This document shows positions 41,647 to 52,040 of a stretch of DNA of 64,000 nucleotides, one piece after another (within the stretch, counting starts at the first letter, position 1; every line of letters starts with the position of its first letter). The notes below the pieces were generated by a model. It saw nothing but the letters and a program-made list of their open reading frames with translations, made no database searches and was not told where the DNA came from. This DNA is from Gemmatimonas sp. (GTDB lineage Bacteria; Gemmatimonadota; Gemmatimonadetes; Gemmatimonadales; Gemmatimonadaceae): contig JANNVQ010000053.1 of assembly GCA_031414535.1 (NCBI GenBank), positions 1 to 64,000 on the forward strand. The letters run 5' to 3'. A program made the translations under genes and the position numbers.

Positions 41647-42618
41647 ATGATGGCTCCGCTGACCGTCGGCGCGCTGTACGAGAGACTGAAGGACAGCCTT
41701 CAGCTTCAGCTCTTGGGCTCTGCCGACGGCCTGAAGCGCCCAGTTGAATCCGACGACGCATCGGGGCCTGGCCTCGTGCTCGCCGGGTACACGGGGCGTT
41801 TCGTGCACCAACGGCTGCAAGTGCTCGGCGAGACCGAGGTGAGCTATCTCAAGTCGCTCGGCGCAGCGGAACGCCAACGGAATCTCGAGGCCTTCTTCTC
41901 GTATCCTATTCCCTGCGTGATGGTCACCAAGGGACAGACACTCCCCGAGGGAATGGAGGAGCTCGCGAGCAAGGCCGGCATCGCCATTCTGGTGTCGCAA
42001 CTGAAGACGCAGGAGTTCTACCACCGGCTTGGGCCGTTCATTGAAGACGCCTTCGCGCCCAGCACGAACCTGCACGGTTCACTCGCGGATGTGTACGGCG
42101 TCGGCCTGCTCTTCACCGGCGCGAGCGGCATCGGCAAGTCCGAATGCGTGCTCGATCTCGTGGAGCGCGGGCATCGCCTCGTGGCGGACGATGTGGTGAT
42201 TGCCCGTCGCAAGGGTGCCGACATCGTTCTTGGCGCTGGGCATCCGTTGCAACGGCACTTCATGGAGATTCGCGGCGTCGGCCTGATTGACGTGCGCGCC
42301 ATCTTCGGCATTCGCGCCGTGCGCCAGCAGAAGCGCATCGAAGTCATCGTGAACCTCCAGCAGTGGAAGGAGGGGATGCCGGTGGAGCGCACCGGTCTCG
42401 ACACGGATATGACGAGCATCCTCGATGTCGAAATTCCGCGCGTGTCCATTGCCATGAATCCCGGCAAAAACATCACGGTAGTGGCCGAGGTCATCGCAAT
42501 GAATCATCTGCAGCGCTACAGCGGCGACGATCCGGCGCACAACTTCAACGAACGCCTGAAGGGGCACATGCGGCAGAAGGCCGATGTGCAGCGCTATCTG
42601 CTTGATGACGATGAGTGA
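41647..42618 (+). CDS. hprK: HPr(Ser) kinase/phosphorylase
   Basis: HGSLADVYG, GASGIGKSE, LVADD, MEIRGVG. Confidence 0.96.
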   Translation: MMAPLTVGALYERLKDSLQLQLLGSADGLKRPVESDDASGPGLVLAGYTGRFVHQRLQVLGETEVSYLKSLGAAERQRNLEAFFSYPIPCVMVTKGQTLPEGMEELASKAGIAILVSQLKTQEFYHRLGPFIEDAFAPSTNLHGSLADVYGVGLLFTGASGIGKSECVLDLVERGHRLVADDVVIARRKGADIVLGAGHPLQRHFMEIRGVGLIDVRAIFGIRAVRQQKRIEVIVNLQQWKEGMPVERTGLDTDMTSILDVEIPRVSIAMNPGKNITVVAEVIAMNHLQRYSGDDPAHNFNERLKGHMRQKADVQRYLLDDDE

Positions 42619-42988
42619 GGGGCCGCGCGCCGTAGTCGCCGGACACGGCAAGTTTGCCGAAGGTATCATCTCCGCGGTGCAGCAGATCACCGGGATGGGG
42701 CATTTGCTCACGCCGGTGAGCAACACGGGGCTTACGCCTGCCGCCATAGAAACGGCGATTCGTGAGGCGATGGTCGTGGCCAATGCGCGCGTGGTGTTTA
42801 CCGACTTGCCGGCTGGCAGTTGCACGGCGATTGTGCGCCGCGTGAGCAAGTCTTCGCCGGACATTACGCTCGTGACTGGCGTGACGCTTCCCACCTTGCT
42901 CGCCTATGTCATGGGCGCGAGTATCGAGGAGTCCGTGGCGAAGGGACGTGAAGCGCTGGGTGCCGTGGAGCCCCCGCGTGGCGCTTGA
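42611..42988 (+). CDS. PTS mannose-family EIIA
   Basis: VVAGHG phospho-His, FTDLPAGS, GVTLP. Confidence 0.85.
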   Translation: MSEGPRAVVAGHGKFAEGIISAVQQITGMGHLLTPVSNTGLTPAAIETAIREAMVVANARVVFTDLPAGSCTAIVRRVSKSSPDITLVTGVTLPTLLAYVMGASIEESVAKGREALGAVEPPRGA

Positions 42989-43469
42989 GTACTTCCGCAT
43001 TGACGACCGACTGATTCACGGTCAGGTCGTCGTCGGCTGGGGCCAGCCCTGCAATCTCGGCTTCCTGGTGCTCGTGGACGACGCCGTCGTGGATTCCGAG
43101 TGGGAGCAGGAACTGTACAAGATGGGCGCGCCGCCGGAGATGGATCTCTACTTCGATTCGATTGAGAGCGCGGCGCGACGCATCGCCGAATATCGAGCAG
43201 ACTCGCGCAACGGCTTGCTGCTCACCGGTGATGTGACCACGATGGCCGCGTTGCAGGCGCTGGTGCCGCAGGTGCAGGTCGTCACCATTGGCGGCATCCA
43301 CCATAAAGAGGGCCGCACCGCGCGCTTGCGCTATGTGTTTCTCACGCCAACCGAGGAGCAGGAACTCCGCGCGCTCGCCGCGCGTGGCGTCACCGTCGTG
43401 GCGCAGGATCTGCCCAACACACCGGCCGTGCCTCTTGAGGACGTGCTCATCGGAGACGGCACCGGATGA
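42978..43469 (+). CDS. PTS mannose-family EIIB
   Basis: RIDDRLIHGQV. Confidence 0.92.
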   Translation: MALEYFRIDDRLIHGQVVVGWGQPCNLGFLVLVDDAVVDSEWEQELYKMGAPPEMDLYFDSIESAARRIAEYRADSRNGLLLTGDVTTMAALQALVPQVQVVTIGGIHHKEGRTARLRYVFLTPTEEQELRALAARGVTVVAQDLPNTPAVPLEDVLIGDGTG

Positions 43470-44170
43470 TGCCCGAGTTGGCCGTGGACCTCTTGGCATT
43501 TGTGCCGTTGGCCGTGCTCGGCGCGGTCCTCGGGCTCGATGTCGTGAGTTTTCCGCAGGCCATGATTTCGCGGCCCATCGTCGCGGCGACGCTCGCGGGC
43601 GCGATGCTCGGCCATCCGCTCCGCGGGCTCGCGATGGGCGCGGCGTTGGAATTCTTTGCCCTCGAATCCATGCCCTTCGGTGCCTCACGCTACCCCGAGT
43701 GGGGCTCGGCATCGGTGGTGGGTGGTTCGCTCTTTGCGCTGACTCCCGACGGCACGCCCGCGGCGATGGCCCTCGCCGTCCTCTCAGCGCTTGTGACGGC
43801 ACAGGTGGGTGGACTCTCGATGGTCGCCTTGCGGCGTTGGAACGCCCAATGGGCGCGGCGGCAGCAGGCGGGCATCGCGCGAGGCTCGGGCAACGCGGTG
43901 GTAGGTCTGCAACTTGCCGGCATGAGCGTCGATCTGCTGCGCGGTGGCCTGCTCACCTTCCTCGCGCTCGCGGTGTTTGAACCGCTGCGCATCGCGGTGC
44001 TCGCGACCTTTACGTTTCCCGGCACGCTCTCGCGCGCCGTCGTGGTGTCCACTGCCTCTGCCGTTGGTCTCGCAGCCATTTGGAAGGTCACGGCAAGCAC
44101 GCCCGGTGCGCGATGGTGGTTAGCCGGGGGATTGTTGCTGGGTTTTGCGCTCGCCGGAGGTCTGGGATGA
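43466..44170 (+). CDS. PTS mannose-family EIIC
   Basis: MISRPIV, GAALE; multi-TM; operon context. Confidence 0.85.
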   Translation: MMPELAVDLLAFVPLAVLGAVLGLDVVSFPQAMISRPIVAATLAGAMLGHPLRGLAMGAALEFFALESMPFGASRYPEWGSASVVGGSLFALTPDGTPAAMALAVLSALVTAQVGGLSMVALRRWNAQWARRQQAGIARGSGNAVVGLQLAGMSVDLLRGGLLTFLALAVFEPLRIAVLATFTFPGTLSRAVVVSTASAVGLAAIWKVTASTPGARWWLAGGLLLGFALAGGLG

Positions 44171-44922
44171 GCACCTCGTATCTGCCCCTCACCACGCGCG
44201 CCGCGATGCTCCTGCGCATGCTCGGCATTCAAGGCGTGTGGAACTACGAGACGATGATGGGCAACGGCATCGCATTCGCGATGGAGCCGGCGCTACGCCT
44301 GCTGCCCGGTGGGCGCGGGGGCGACGCCTATCGCGCCGCCATGACGCGGCACAGCGGCTACTTTAACGCCCATCCCTATCTGGCGGCCTTGGCCGTGGGT
44401 GCGCTCTCGCGCGCCGAGTTGGATGGCGTACCGGCCGAGCAGATTGAGCGTTTTCGCGTGGCTGCTCCGGGACCGCTTGGCTCCGTGGGCGATCGACTGA
44501 TTTGGGCCGGCTGGCTGCCCTTGTGCTCGGCCCTCGCCCTGTTGGGTTATGGTCTAGGTCTGTCTCCCGCTAGCGTGGTGCTCCTGTTTCTGGTTTCGTA
44601 CAACGTAGGCCATGTAGGTCTGCGCGTCTGGGGCCTCCAGGCCGGCTGGCGTGAGGGGCTGCGGATGGCTCACGCGCTTGGGAATCCCGTACTCCGCAAC
44701 GGTCCGCCGCACCTCGCTCGGGCGACGGCCTTTGTGGCGGGAATTGCGCTACCGGTGGCCGCGCAGGCCCTCTTGGGTGAAGGGCGCGTCCTCCTGGGCG
44801 GCGTGCTTCTCGCTGTGACGGTCGGAGCCTTGCTCCTTACCCGTCTCGCTGGAAAGTTCGAGGGGTGGCGTTTGGCCATCTACGTACTGGCGGTATTCAT
44901 CCTCTACTCCGTGGTGCGCTGA
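44167..44922 (+). CDS. PTS mannose-family EIID
   Basis: QGVWNYETM, FNAHP, GPLGSVGDRLIW. Confidence 0.9.
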   Translation: MSTSYLPLTTRAAMLLRMLGIQGVWNYETMMGNGIAFAMEPALRLLPGGRGGDAYRAAMTRHSGYFNAHPYLAALAVGALSRAELDGVPAEQIERFRVAAPGPLGSVGDRLIWAGWLPLCSALALLGYGLGLSPASVVLLFLVSYNVGHVGLRVWGLQAGWREGLRMAHALGNPVLRNGPPHLARATAFVAGIALPVAAQALLGEGRVLLGGVLLAVTVGALLLTRLAGKFEGWRLAIYVLAVFILYSVVR

Positions 44923-45188
44923 TGTTGCAACGAGACGTCGAGGTAGTGAACTCGCTCGGGATTCACGCGCGGCCGTCGTCCGAGATTGTGAAGCTCGCGG
45001 CCAAGTTCAGTTCGCACATCATGCTCGCGCGCGATGGCATGGAGGTGAATGCCAAGAGCATCATGGGCGTGATGATGCTCGCGGCCGAGTGTGGAGCCGT
45101 CGTCACGGTCACGGCGGAAGGTGCAGACGCCGAGGCCGCGCTCGATGCGCTGGCCACGCTGATTGCCTCACGCTTCGAGGAGCATTAG
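44922..45188 (+). CDS. ptsH: Phosphocarrier protein HPr
   Basis: GIHARP (His15) and NAKSIMG (Ser46). Confidence 0.95.
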   Translation: MLQRDVEVVNSLGIHARPSSEIVKLAAKFSSHIMLARDGMEVNAKSIMGVMMLAAECGAVVTVTAEGADAEAALDALATLIASRFEEH

Positions 45189-46963
45189 TGCCAGCAGAAC
45201 TCACAGGCGTCCCGGCATCGCCCGGGATTGTCGTTGGCCCGGCGCATCTGCTGCGCTGGGAGGTCCCTGACGTACCCGCGCGCGTGTTGCGAGATGACCA
45301 GATCGAAGGCGAACTCGCCAAGTTCCGCGCCGCACTCGAGAAGGCCAAGGACCGCCTGCGTGCGGTGAAGACGCGCGCGGCCGAAAAGGCCGGGAAGGCC
45401 GAGTCGGCGATATTCGATGTGCAGATTTCCATTCTTGAAGACGCCTCGCTGCTCGATCAAGTGGAGCAGTTGGTGCGGCAGAATCTCGCACCGGAAAAGG
45501 CCTTCGACATCGTGATGCTCGATTGGCGCGATCACTTCGGGCGCAGCACGAACCCGATGATGCGCGAGCGGTCCGGTGATCTCGTGGATATCCACATCCG
45601 CATGCTCACCATCCTGCTTGGGCTACCGGATCATGATCCGGTTGACCTCGCGCCTGGTGCGAATGCGATTGTCGTGACGCACGACCTCACGCCCAGTCTC
45701 ACCATCCAGTTGGATCGCCGCGCCATCGTCGGCATCGCGACCGATGCGGGGACGCGTACCTCGCACGTGGCGATTCTCGCACGCTCGCTCGGCCTGCCCG
45801 CCGTGGTCGGTTTAATTGACGCCACCAGCCGTATCACATCTGGCGAGCGCGTCATCCTCGATGGGACCAACGGGCGGCTGGTGGTGAAGCCCACGGCGGC
45901 GGAGCTCGCGCAGTTCGCGGACCGAGCACGTCGTGAGGCCAAGGCCCAGGCGGAATTGGCGACCCTCGTCGGCGTTGAGGCGCTGACCACCGACAACGTC
46001 CACATTACGTTGCGCGCCAACGTGGACTTGCCGGACGAGGCGAGCGCCGCGGCCGCCCAGGGTGCGGAAGGTGTCGGCTTGATGCGTACCGAGTTCCTCG
46101 TGGTTGGCCGCACGGCCATGCCCTCGGAAGAGGAGCAGTACGAGGCCTACAAGAAGGTCGTCGAGACCTTTAAGGGTCACCCCGTCGTTATTCGCACCTA
46201 TGACGTGGGCGGCGACAAGCTGCCCATCGGCGGCTTTCCCCACGAGCCTAATCCCTTCTTGGGATGGCGCGCCATTCGCATGTGCCTCGACGAGCCCGAA
46301 CTCTTCAAGGTGCAGTTGAAGGCCCTGATGCGCGCGGCTGTCCACGGCGATTTGCAAGTGATGCTGCCACTGGTGGTCAGCGTCGAGGAAGTGCGTCAGA
46401 CTCGCCAGATTATGCAGGATGCCTCGGCGGAACTCACGGCCAAGGGTGTCACGCATCGTGCCGATGTGCCGCTCGGCGTGATGGTGGAGACGCCTGCGGC
46501 GGCCGTGAGCGTGGACTCCTTCGTGAAGGACGTCAGCTTCCTGAGCATTGGCACCAACGATCTGGTGCAGTACACGCTGGCGGTGGATCGAGGCAACGCC
46601 TCGTTGGTGACACGGTTCACGCCGCTACATCCGGCTGTGCTACGATTGATTTCGCGCACCGTGGAGGAAGGTCATAAGGCCGGGCTCTCGGTGAGTGTCT
46701 GCGGCGAGATGGCCTCGCAACCACTGATGGCCTACGCGCTCATCGGCCTCGGCGTGCGCCAGCTCTCGGTGGCGGCGGTTGGGCTTCCGGCGGTGAAACG
46801 CATCATCCGCGGCGTGAGCACCGCCACGGCGGCCACTGCGGCGCGGGCGGCACTCAATGCGGCCACGGCCCGGGAGTCTGGCGACATCCTCCGCGCGAGC
46901 CTCGAAAGCGAGCTTGGCGAAGAGCTGCTCGACGGCTTGCTCGGCCTCGGCCAAGGCCGTTAA
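45188..46963 (+). CDS. ptsI: PEP-protein phosphotransferase (Enzyme I)
   Basis: [40 protein letters not shown]. Confidence 0.95.
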   Translation: MPAELTGVPASPGIVVGPAHLLRWEVPDVPARVLRDDQIEGELAKFRAALEKAKDRLRAVKTRAAEKAGKAESAIFDVQISILEDASLLDQVEQLVRQNLAPEKAFDIVMLDWRDHFGRSTNPMMRERSGDLVDIHIRMLTILLGLPDHDPVDLAPGANAIVVTHDLTPSLTIQLDRRAIVGIATDAGTRTSHVAILARSLGLPAVVGLIDATSRITSGERVILDGTNGRLVVKPTAAELAQFADRARREAKAQAELATLVGVEALTTDNVHITLRANVDLPDEASAAAAQGAEGVGLMRTEFLVVGRTAMPSEEEQYEAYKKVVETFKGHPVVIRTYDVGGDKLPIGGFPHEPNPFLGWRAIRMCLDEPELFKVQLKALMRAAVHGDLQVMLPLVVSVEEVRQTRQIMQDASAELTAKGVTHRADVPLGVMVETPAAAVSVDSFVKDVSFLSIGTNDLVQYTLAVDRGNASLVTRFTPLHPAVLRLISRTVEEGHKAGLSVSVCGEMASQPLMAYALIGLGVRQLSVAAVGLPAVKRIIRGVSTATAATAARAALNAATARESGDILRASLESELGEELLDGLLGLGQGR

Positions 46964-46995
46964 TCTTCGGTCTTCCCATTACCCAATCCCACTCG

Positions 46996-48174
46996 ATGCT
47001 GCATCGTCATCTTTTCACTTCGGAGTCGGTCTCCGAAGGACATCCGGACAAGATCGCGGACCAGATCTCCGACGCCGTGCTCGACAATCTGCTCGCCAAG
47101 GATTCACGCTCCCGCGTGGCCTGCGAAACGATGGTCACCACTGGCCTCGCGACAATCTTTGGCGAAGTGACGACCGATGCGTGGGTAGATCTGCGCGGCA
47201 TCGTGCGGCAGACCATCAAGGAGATTGGGTACACGGAGTCTGGCATTGGCTTTGACGCCGATTCCTGCGCCGTGCTTAATGCACTGGGGCAGCAGTCACG
47301 CGACATCGGGCAGGGTGTCGATACCGGTGGCGCCGGTGACCAAGGCATGATGTTTGGCTTTGCCTGCGACGAGACGCCGGAGCTGATGCCCCTGCCGATC
47401 ACGATGGCGCATAAGCTCGTGAAGCAGCTCGCCGACCGTCGCAAGGACGGCACGTTGCCGTGGCTGCGTCCGGACTCCAAGTCTCAGGTCTCGGTCGTGT
47501 ATGACAACGGCCGCCCAGTTGAAGTGGACACCGTGGTCATTTCCACGCAGCACGCGGATACGGTCAAGAACAAGACCATCCACGAGGCCGTGAAGCGCGA
47601 CATCATCAATGAGATTATCCCCCAGGAGCTGCGCTCCAAGCGGATGAAGATTCATATCAACCCCACCGGCCGTTTTGTCATCGGGGGTCCACACGGCGAC
47701 GCCGGCCTCACGGGCCGCAAGATCATCGTGGACACCTACGGCGGCATGGGCCGTCACGGCGGGGGCGCCTTCTCGGGGAAGGATCCGTCCAAGGTTGATC
47801 GCTCGGCGGCATATGCCGCGCGGTGGGTGGCCAAGAACATCGTGGCTGCTAAGCTGGCGTCGAAGTGCGAAGTGCAGGTGGCCTACGCCATTGGCGTGGC
47901 CAAGCCTGTGTCGGTGATGGTGGATACCTTCGGCACCAACACCGTGGATGAGCAGTCCATCATTCGCGCGGTGAGTGAAGTGTTCGACCTGACGCCCAAG
48001 GGCATCATTGAGGCGCTCGACCTGCGCAGGCCGATCTACGGCCCGACGGCGGCCTACGGCCACTTTGGTCGTGAGCCCGAGAAGGCCGTGCGGCTCGGAC
48101 AGAAGGTGACGCTGTTTACTTGGGAGCGCACCGACAAGGTTGCCGAGCTTAAGCGCGCGGTGCGCAAGGGCTGA
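46996..48174 (+). CDS. metK: S-adenosylmethionine synthetase
   Basis: [28 protein letters not shown]. Confidence 0.98.
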   Translation: MLHRHLFTSESVSEGHPDKIADQISDAVLDNLLAKDSRSRVACETMVTTGLATIFGEVTTDAWVDLRGIVRQTIKEIGYTESGIGFDADSCAVLNALGQQSRDIGQGVDTGGAGDQGMMFGFACDETPELMPLPITMAHKLVKQLADRRKDGTLPWLRPDSKSQVSVVYDNGRPVEVDTVVISTQHADTVKNKTIHEAVKRDIINEIIPQELRSKRMKIHINPTGRFVIGGPHGDAGLTGRKIIVDTYGGMGRHGGGAFSGKDPSKVDRSAAYAARWVAKNIVAAKLASKCEVQVAYAIGVAKPVSVMVDTFGTNTVDEQSIIRAVSEVFDLTPKGIIEALDLRRPIYGPTAAYGHFGREPEKAVRLGQKVTLFTWERTDKVAELKRAVRKG

Positions 48175-48191
48175 GGGCCCGCGCAACGGAC

Positions 48192-48689
48192 GTGATCGAA
48201 GTCATCGTCAATCGCATCGGCCTCGACGCGCAGTCGCAGGCGTATGTCGTGATCCTCGAGGAGCGCGCGGGTAACCGCGCGCTTCCTATTTGGATAGGTC
48301 GTCCCGAAGCGGAGGCCATTGCGGCGCACCTCAACGAGGTGCGTCGTGAACGCCCGATGACGCACGACCTCGCCGCTGACCTCGTGAAGGGGCTCGGTGG
48401 ATTGCTGCGGCGGGTCCAGATCACCAAGGTGGTGCAGGGCACCTTCATCGCCGAACTGCATCTGAACCGCGCAGGCAGCAACCTGCTCGTCGATGCCCGG
48501 CCTTCTGACGCCATCGCCATCGCCCTTCGCTTGGGCGCGCCCATCTTCGTGGCGGAATCCTTGCTCAATGACGACGATTCCGCGAGCGAAACCGATAGCC
48601 CCAGTGAGGGAAACCAACTTTCTGCCGAGGAACTGCAGCGGCATCTCGCCCAGCTGCGGCCCGAGGATTTCGGACGATTCGCGCCGTGA
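48192..48689 (+). CDS. Bifunctional nuclease (DUF151) family protein
   Basis: LPIWIG, RPMTHDL, DARPSDAIAIALR. Confidence 0.92.
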   Translation: MIEVIVNRIGLDAQSQAYVVILEERAGNRALPIWIGRPEAEAIAAHLNEVRRERPMTHDLAADLVKGLGGLLRRVQITKVVQGTFIAELHLNRAGSNLLVDARPSDAIAIALRLGAPIFVAESLLNDDDSASETDSPSEGNQLSAEELQRHLAQLRPEDFGRFAP

Positions 48690-49843
48690 TGAGACCTTCG
48701 GTTTTGCGACTGCTGATCGCCGTCGTGCTCTGCCTGCCCCTGCTACTCGAGGCGCAGGGCGCCGAGCGTTCGCTTGCCGGTCGCATCACTCGGCCCGGGA
48801 CAGGGAACACGGTGCGCCCCGTGGCGGGTGAGTGGGTGGTGTTGCACCGCGTGGGCGTGGACAATGCCGCGCCACTCGATTCGCAGCGCACGCGGGCTGA
48901 CGGCTCTTACTCGTTTCGCTATCGCGCCACCGGCGACTCCAACGCCGTGTACTTCACGAGCACCTCGCGCGGTGGCGTGGCCTACTTCACGCCGCCCACG
49001 CGTGAGGGCCGTGTGCAAGGTGGCTTCGCCGATCTCCTCGTCTTCGATACCACATCCGCTCCCGTTCGCATCACGGTGCGCGGGCGCCATTTGATCGTCA
49101 CGGCGCCAGATAGCACCGCGCCGGTGCGAACGATTATCGAAGTCTTTGAGCTCTCCAATGACTCGACGGTGACCGCCGTTCCGGGCGCCGCGCAACGTCC
49201 GACCTTCGAGGTCGCGCTGCCGGTGGGCGTGACGCAGGTGCTCGGTGGCCAAGGCGACATCTCGCCAGAGGCCGTGCGCGCCGACGAAGGTCGCGTGCGC
49301 GTGTGGGCTCCGATCGCACCTGGACTCAAGCAGTTCTCGTTCTCCTACGATTTGCCGCTCACGCAGACTGAGCTCAGCGTCACGCTCAATGACAGCGTCC
49401 CGGTCATGGAAGTGCTCGTGGAAGACCCGCGCGGCATTGCCATTGGCGCGGGACTTACCGAAGTCGATCCCGTGCAGGTGGATGGTCGGCCATTCAAGCG
49501 CTTCCTCGCGCAGGACGTCGCGCCGCCAGCCACCATCAGTGTCTCAGCCCCGGGCCAGCTCGACGACCCTAACAACATGCGCGTCGTCCTTGTCGTGATC
49601 GCCGTAGGCGCCGCCATGTTGCTCGGGCTGGGCATGGCCTTCATGCGCAAGGGGCCGCAGGCGTTTGCAAGGCAACGCCGGGTGAATCCCGAGGCCTTGG
49701 CGCTCGAGATCGCGGCGTTCGATGCGGCGTATGAGAAGATCGAATCGCCGACGGAGCAGCAGAAGGCTGAGCACTACCTCAAGCGCGCGCACCTGAAGGG
49801 GCGTTTGAGCAACGAGCTTGCTAAGCGGGATGGACTGGCGTAG
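48689..49843 (+). CDS. Exported, C-terminally membrane-anchored hypothetical protein
   Basis: Signal peptide, Ig-like/beta-rich body (ADGSYSF), TM segment, short helical cytoplasmic tail. Confidence 0.7.
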   Translation: MRPSVLRLLIAVVLCLPLLLEAQGAERSLAGRITRPGTGNTVRPVAGEWVVLHRVGVDNAAPLDSQRTRADGSYSFRYRATGDSNAVYFTSTSRGGVAYFTPPTREGRVQGGFADLLVFDTTSAPVRITVRGRHLIVTAPDSTAPVRTIIEVFELSNDSTVTAVPGAAQRPTFEVALPVGVTQVLGGQGDISPEAVRADEGRVRVWAPIAPGLKQFSFSYDLPLTQTELSVTLNDSVPVMEVLVEDPRGIAIGAGLTEVDPVQVDGRPFKRFLAQDVAPPATISVSAPGQLDDPNNMRVVLVVIAVGAAMLLGLGMAFMRKGPQAFARQRRVNPEALALEIAAFDAAYEKIESPTEQQKAEHYLKRAHLKGRLSNELAKRDGLA

Positions 49844-49865
49844 GATTCTGTTCAACAACTGAAGA

Positions 49866-50019
49866 GCGAACGCGGGAAACGGAAGTCGGTTTGATGCCGA
49901 CGCGGCCCCGCCACTGTATCGGGCAGTACCACACGTCCACTCGAGCACAGCCACTGCGACTTGCGAGTCGCGGGAAGGTGAGTGAGACGGCCCGGAGCCA
50001 GGAGACGACCCACGTTCGC
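49866..50019 (+). ncRNA. Cobalamin riboswitch
   Basis: GGAAgtcGGT...CCCCGCCACTGT, second GCCACTG, GGGAAGG, B12 box GAGCCAGGAGAC, closing helix GCGAACGCGGG/CCCACGTTCGC; upstream of btu-like genes. Confidence 0.92.
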
Positions 50020-50101
50020 GCCACATTGTCACCCTCGGGGGAGGGTCCGTGGCGTTTGCGTGGGTCCGCTGATGGTCGACGGACGCGCTGACGTGCATCT
50101 G

Positions 50102-50135
50102 GGCTTCTTCCTCAATCAGGAAGGAGCCTTTTTTT
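50102..50135 (+). terminator. Intrinsic terminator (riboswitch expression platform)
   Basis: GGCTTCTTCCT CAATC AGGAAGGAGCC followed by seven T. Confidence 0.85.
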
Positions 50136-51069
50136 GTCGGAATTTGTCCGTCGTTTCGCCAATCGCCGATGGACCCTGTTCGCACTTCTGCTCGGCCTAG
50201 CGGCATGCGCAGCTGGTGAGCGCGCGGCCTCAGCAGGCGGCCCTGGCGCCGGCGTCGCGGATGACTTCGGCGACACGCTACGGCTCGCGGTGCCTGCAGT
50301 ACGCATTGTTTCGCTCAATCCGGTGACCACCGAGCTCGTCTTCGCACTCGGTGTCGGTGACAGGCTGGTGGGCCGCACGAGCTGGGATCTTTTTCCCGAA
50401 GCCGCCAAGGCCGTGCCCGACTTAGGCGCTGGCATGGGCCCGAACGTGGAAGCCATCATTGGCCAGCGGCCGGATCTTGTGCTCCTGTACGCCAGTGACA
50501 TGAACCGCACGGCCGTGCAGCAGTTGCGCGCCGCCGGCATCGCGACGCTCACGCATCGCACGGACAAGGTGGCGGACTTGCAGCGTGTAATTCCCATCAT
50601 CGCCGCGGCGCTTGGACGTGACTCGATTGGCCGAATCGTCGCCGACTCAGTACGCCTAAGCCTCGATCAGGTCGCGGCACTGCGGCGTCCCAGCGAGCCC
50701 CTGCGCGCGTTCTGGCACATTTGGGACGCACCGTTGATGACGATCGGGGGCGGCAGCTATCTCAGCGAGTTGCTGACCATCGCCGGTGCAATCAATGTGT
50801 TTGACGACATCGCGATGCCCGCGCCGCAGGTCTCGCTCGAGGAAGTCGCACGCCGCAATCCCGACGTGATTCTCGCGGGGCCCAACACAGCGCAAAAGAT
50901 TCTCGCGAATCCGCGGTGGCAGTCGGTGCCCGCGGTGCGCGCGGGCCGCGTGATTGTGATTGATACCACCATCGTCGGCCGCCCCGGAGTCAGAATGGGC
51001 GAGGCAGCGCGTTTCCTACGCCGTGTGCTCGTGGATTCGCTTGCCAACGCTGGCGCCGGCGTTCCGTGA
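50134..51069 (+). CDS. btuF: Cobalamin ABC transporter substrate-binding lipoprotein (BtuF-like)
   Basis: Lipobox LAAC, RIVSLNP..TE, PNVEAI..RPDLV, VSLEEV...NPDVI; riboswitch context. Confidence 0.85.
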   Translation: MSEFVRRFANRRWTLFALLLGLAACAAGERAASAGGPGAGVADDFGDTLRLAVPAVRIVSLNPVTTELVFALGVGDRLVGRTSWDLFPEAAKAVPDLGAGMGPNVEAIIGQRPDLVLLYASDMNRTAVQQLRAAGIATLTHRTDKVADLQRVIPIIAAALGRDSIGRIVADSVRLSLDQVAALRRPSEPLRAFWHIWDAPLMTIGGGSYLSELLTIAGAINVFDDIAMPAPQVSLEEVARRNPDVILAGPNTAQKILANPRWQSVPAVRAGRVIVIDTTIVGRPGVRMGEAARFLRRVLVDSLANAGAGVP

Positions 51070-52040
51070 AGTCGCAGCACTGGCTCCTCCTCGTTGCTGC
51101 CGTCCTCGTGGCGGTGGCCTTCGGCGTGGCCGGTGGTGCAGTCCCGATTCCGGTGGGAAGTGTCCTGCGTGCGCTTGCCGGTGAAGGCGATGCCACAACG
51201 CTCGCCATCGTGCAGAACCTCCGTTTGCCGCGCGTGGTGCTCGGGCTGGCCGTCGGTGCCGGGCTCGCGGTGAGTGGCACCGCACTACAGACCACGCTGC
51301 GCAATCCACTCGCTGAGCCCTACTTGTTGGGCGTGTCTGGGGGCGCGGCGGCTGGTGCGGTTCTCGCCGTCACACTCGGTGTGGCGTCCTCGGCATTCTT
51401 GCCTCTCGCGGCCTTCGCCGGCGCAATGGTGGCCGTGGTCGTGGTGCTCTTGGTGGCGCGGGCCGTGGCGGGGCACGCGGACCCGCGCGTGCTCCTCATG
51501 GCCGGCGTCGTCGTCGGTGCCTTCTGTACCGCCCTCATCATGGTGGCTCTCGCTACGGCGCCGGAGAATACCGTGCGCGGTGCCCTCTGGTGGATGATGG
51601 GCTCCTTGGGCGACGCGCAGTGGCGCAACGTGCGCTGGGTGATGCTCTACGTGTTGATTGGTATTGCGCTCCTCTTTGTGTGGGCCCGTGATGTGGATGT
51701 ACTCGCACTCGGTGAGGAGGCGGCCGCGTCGCTGGGACTGCCGGTTGAGAAGGTGACGCGCCGCATCTACTTCGCCGCCTCCCTTCTTGCGGCCGCAACC
51801 GTTGCTGGCGCGGGGCTCATTGGCTTCGTCGGACTGATTGTGCCGGCCATTGGCCGCGCACTTGGTGCGCGCAATACGCGCGAGTCCATCGTCGCAGCCG
51901 CGCTCGCTGGCGCGGCACTCGTCGTCGGGGCCGACTTACTCGCGCGCACCGTGCTGCGTCCTGCCGAGTTGCCGCTGGGTGCCGTAACGGCGCTCATCGG
52001 CGTGCCCTTCTTCCTCTGGCGCCTGCGGAGGATGCGATGA
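51066..52040 (+). CDS. btuC: Cobalamin ABC transporter permease (BtuC/FecCD family)
   Basis: LRLPRV, RNPLAEPYLLGVSGGA, GLIGFVGL, ELPLG. Confidence 0.87.
   Translation: MKSQHWLLLVAAVLVAVAFGVAGGAVPIPVGSVLRALAGEGDATTLAIVQNLRLPRVVLGLAVGAGLAVSGTALQTTLRNPLAEPYLLGVSGGAAAGAVLAVTLGVASSAFLPLAAFAGAMVAVVVVLLVARAVAGHADPRVLLMAGVVVGAFCTALIMVALATAPENTVRGALWWMMGSLGDAQWRNVRWVMLYVLIGIALLFVWARDVDVLALGEEAAASLGLPVEKVTRRIYFAASLLAAATVAGAGLIGFVGLIVPAIGRALGARNTRESIVAAALAGAALVVGADLLARTVLRPAELPLGAVTALIGVPFFLWRLRRMR

Noticed and set aside
46975..46995. CCCATTA CCCAATC CCACTCG before metK as another heptamer array
   Set aside because: Different, weak consensus with about two units; noted only as a pyrimidine-rich SD-less leader.
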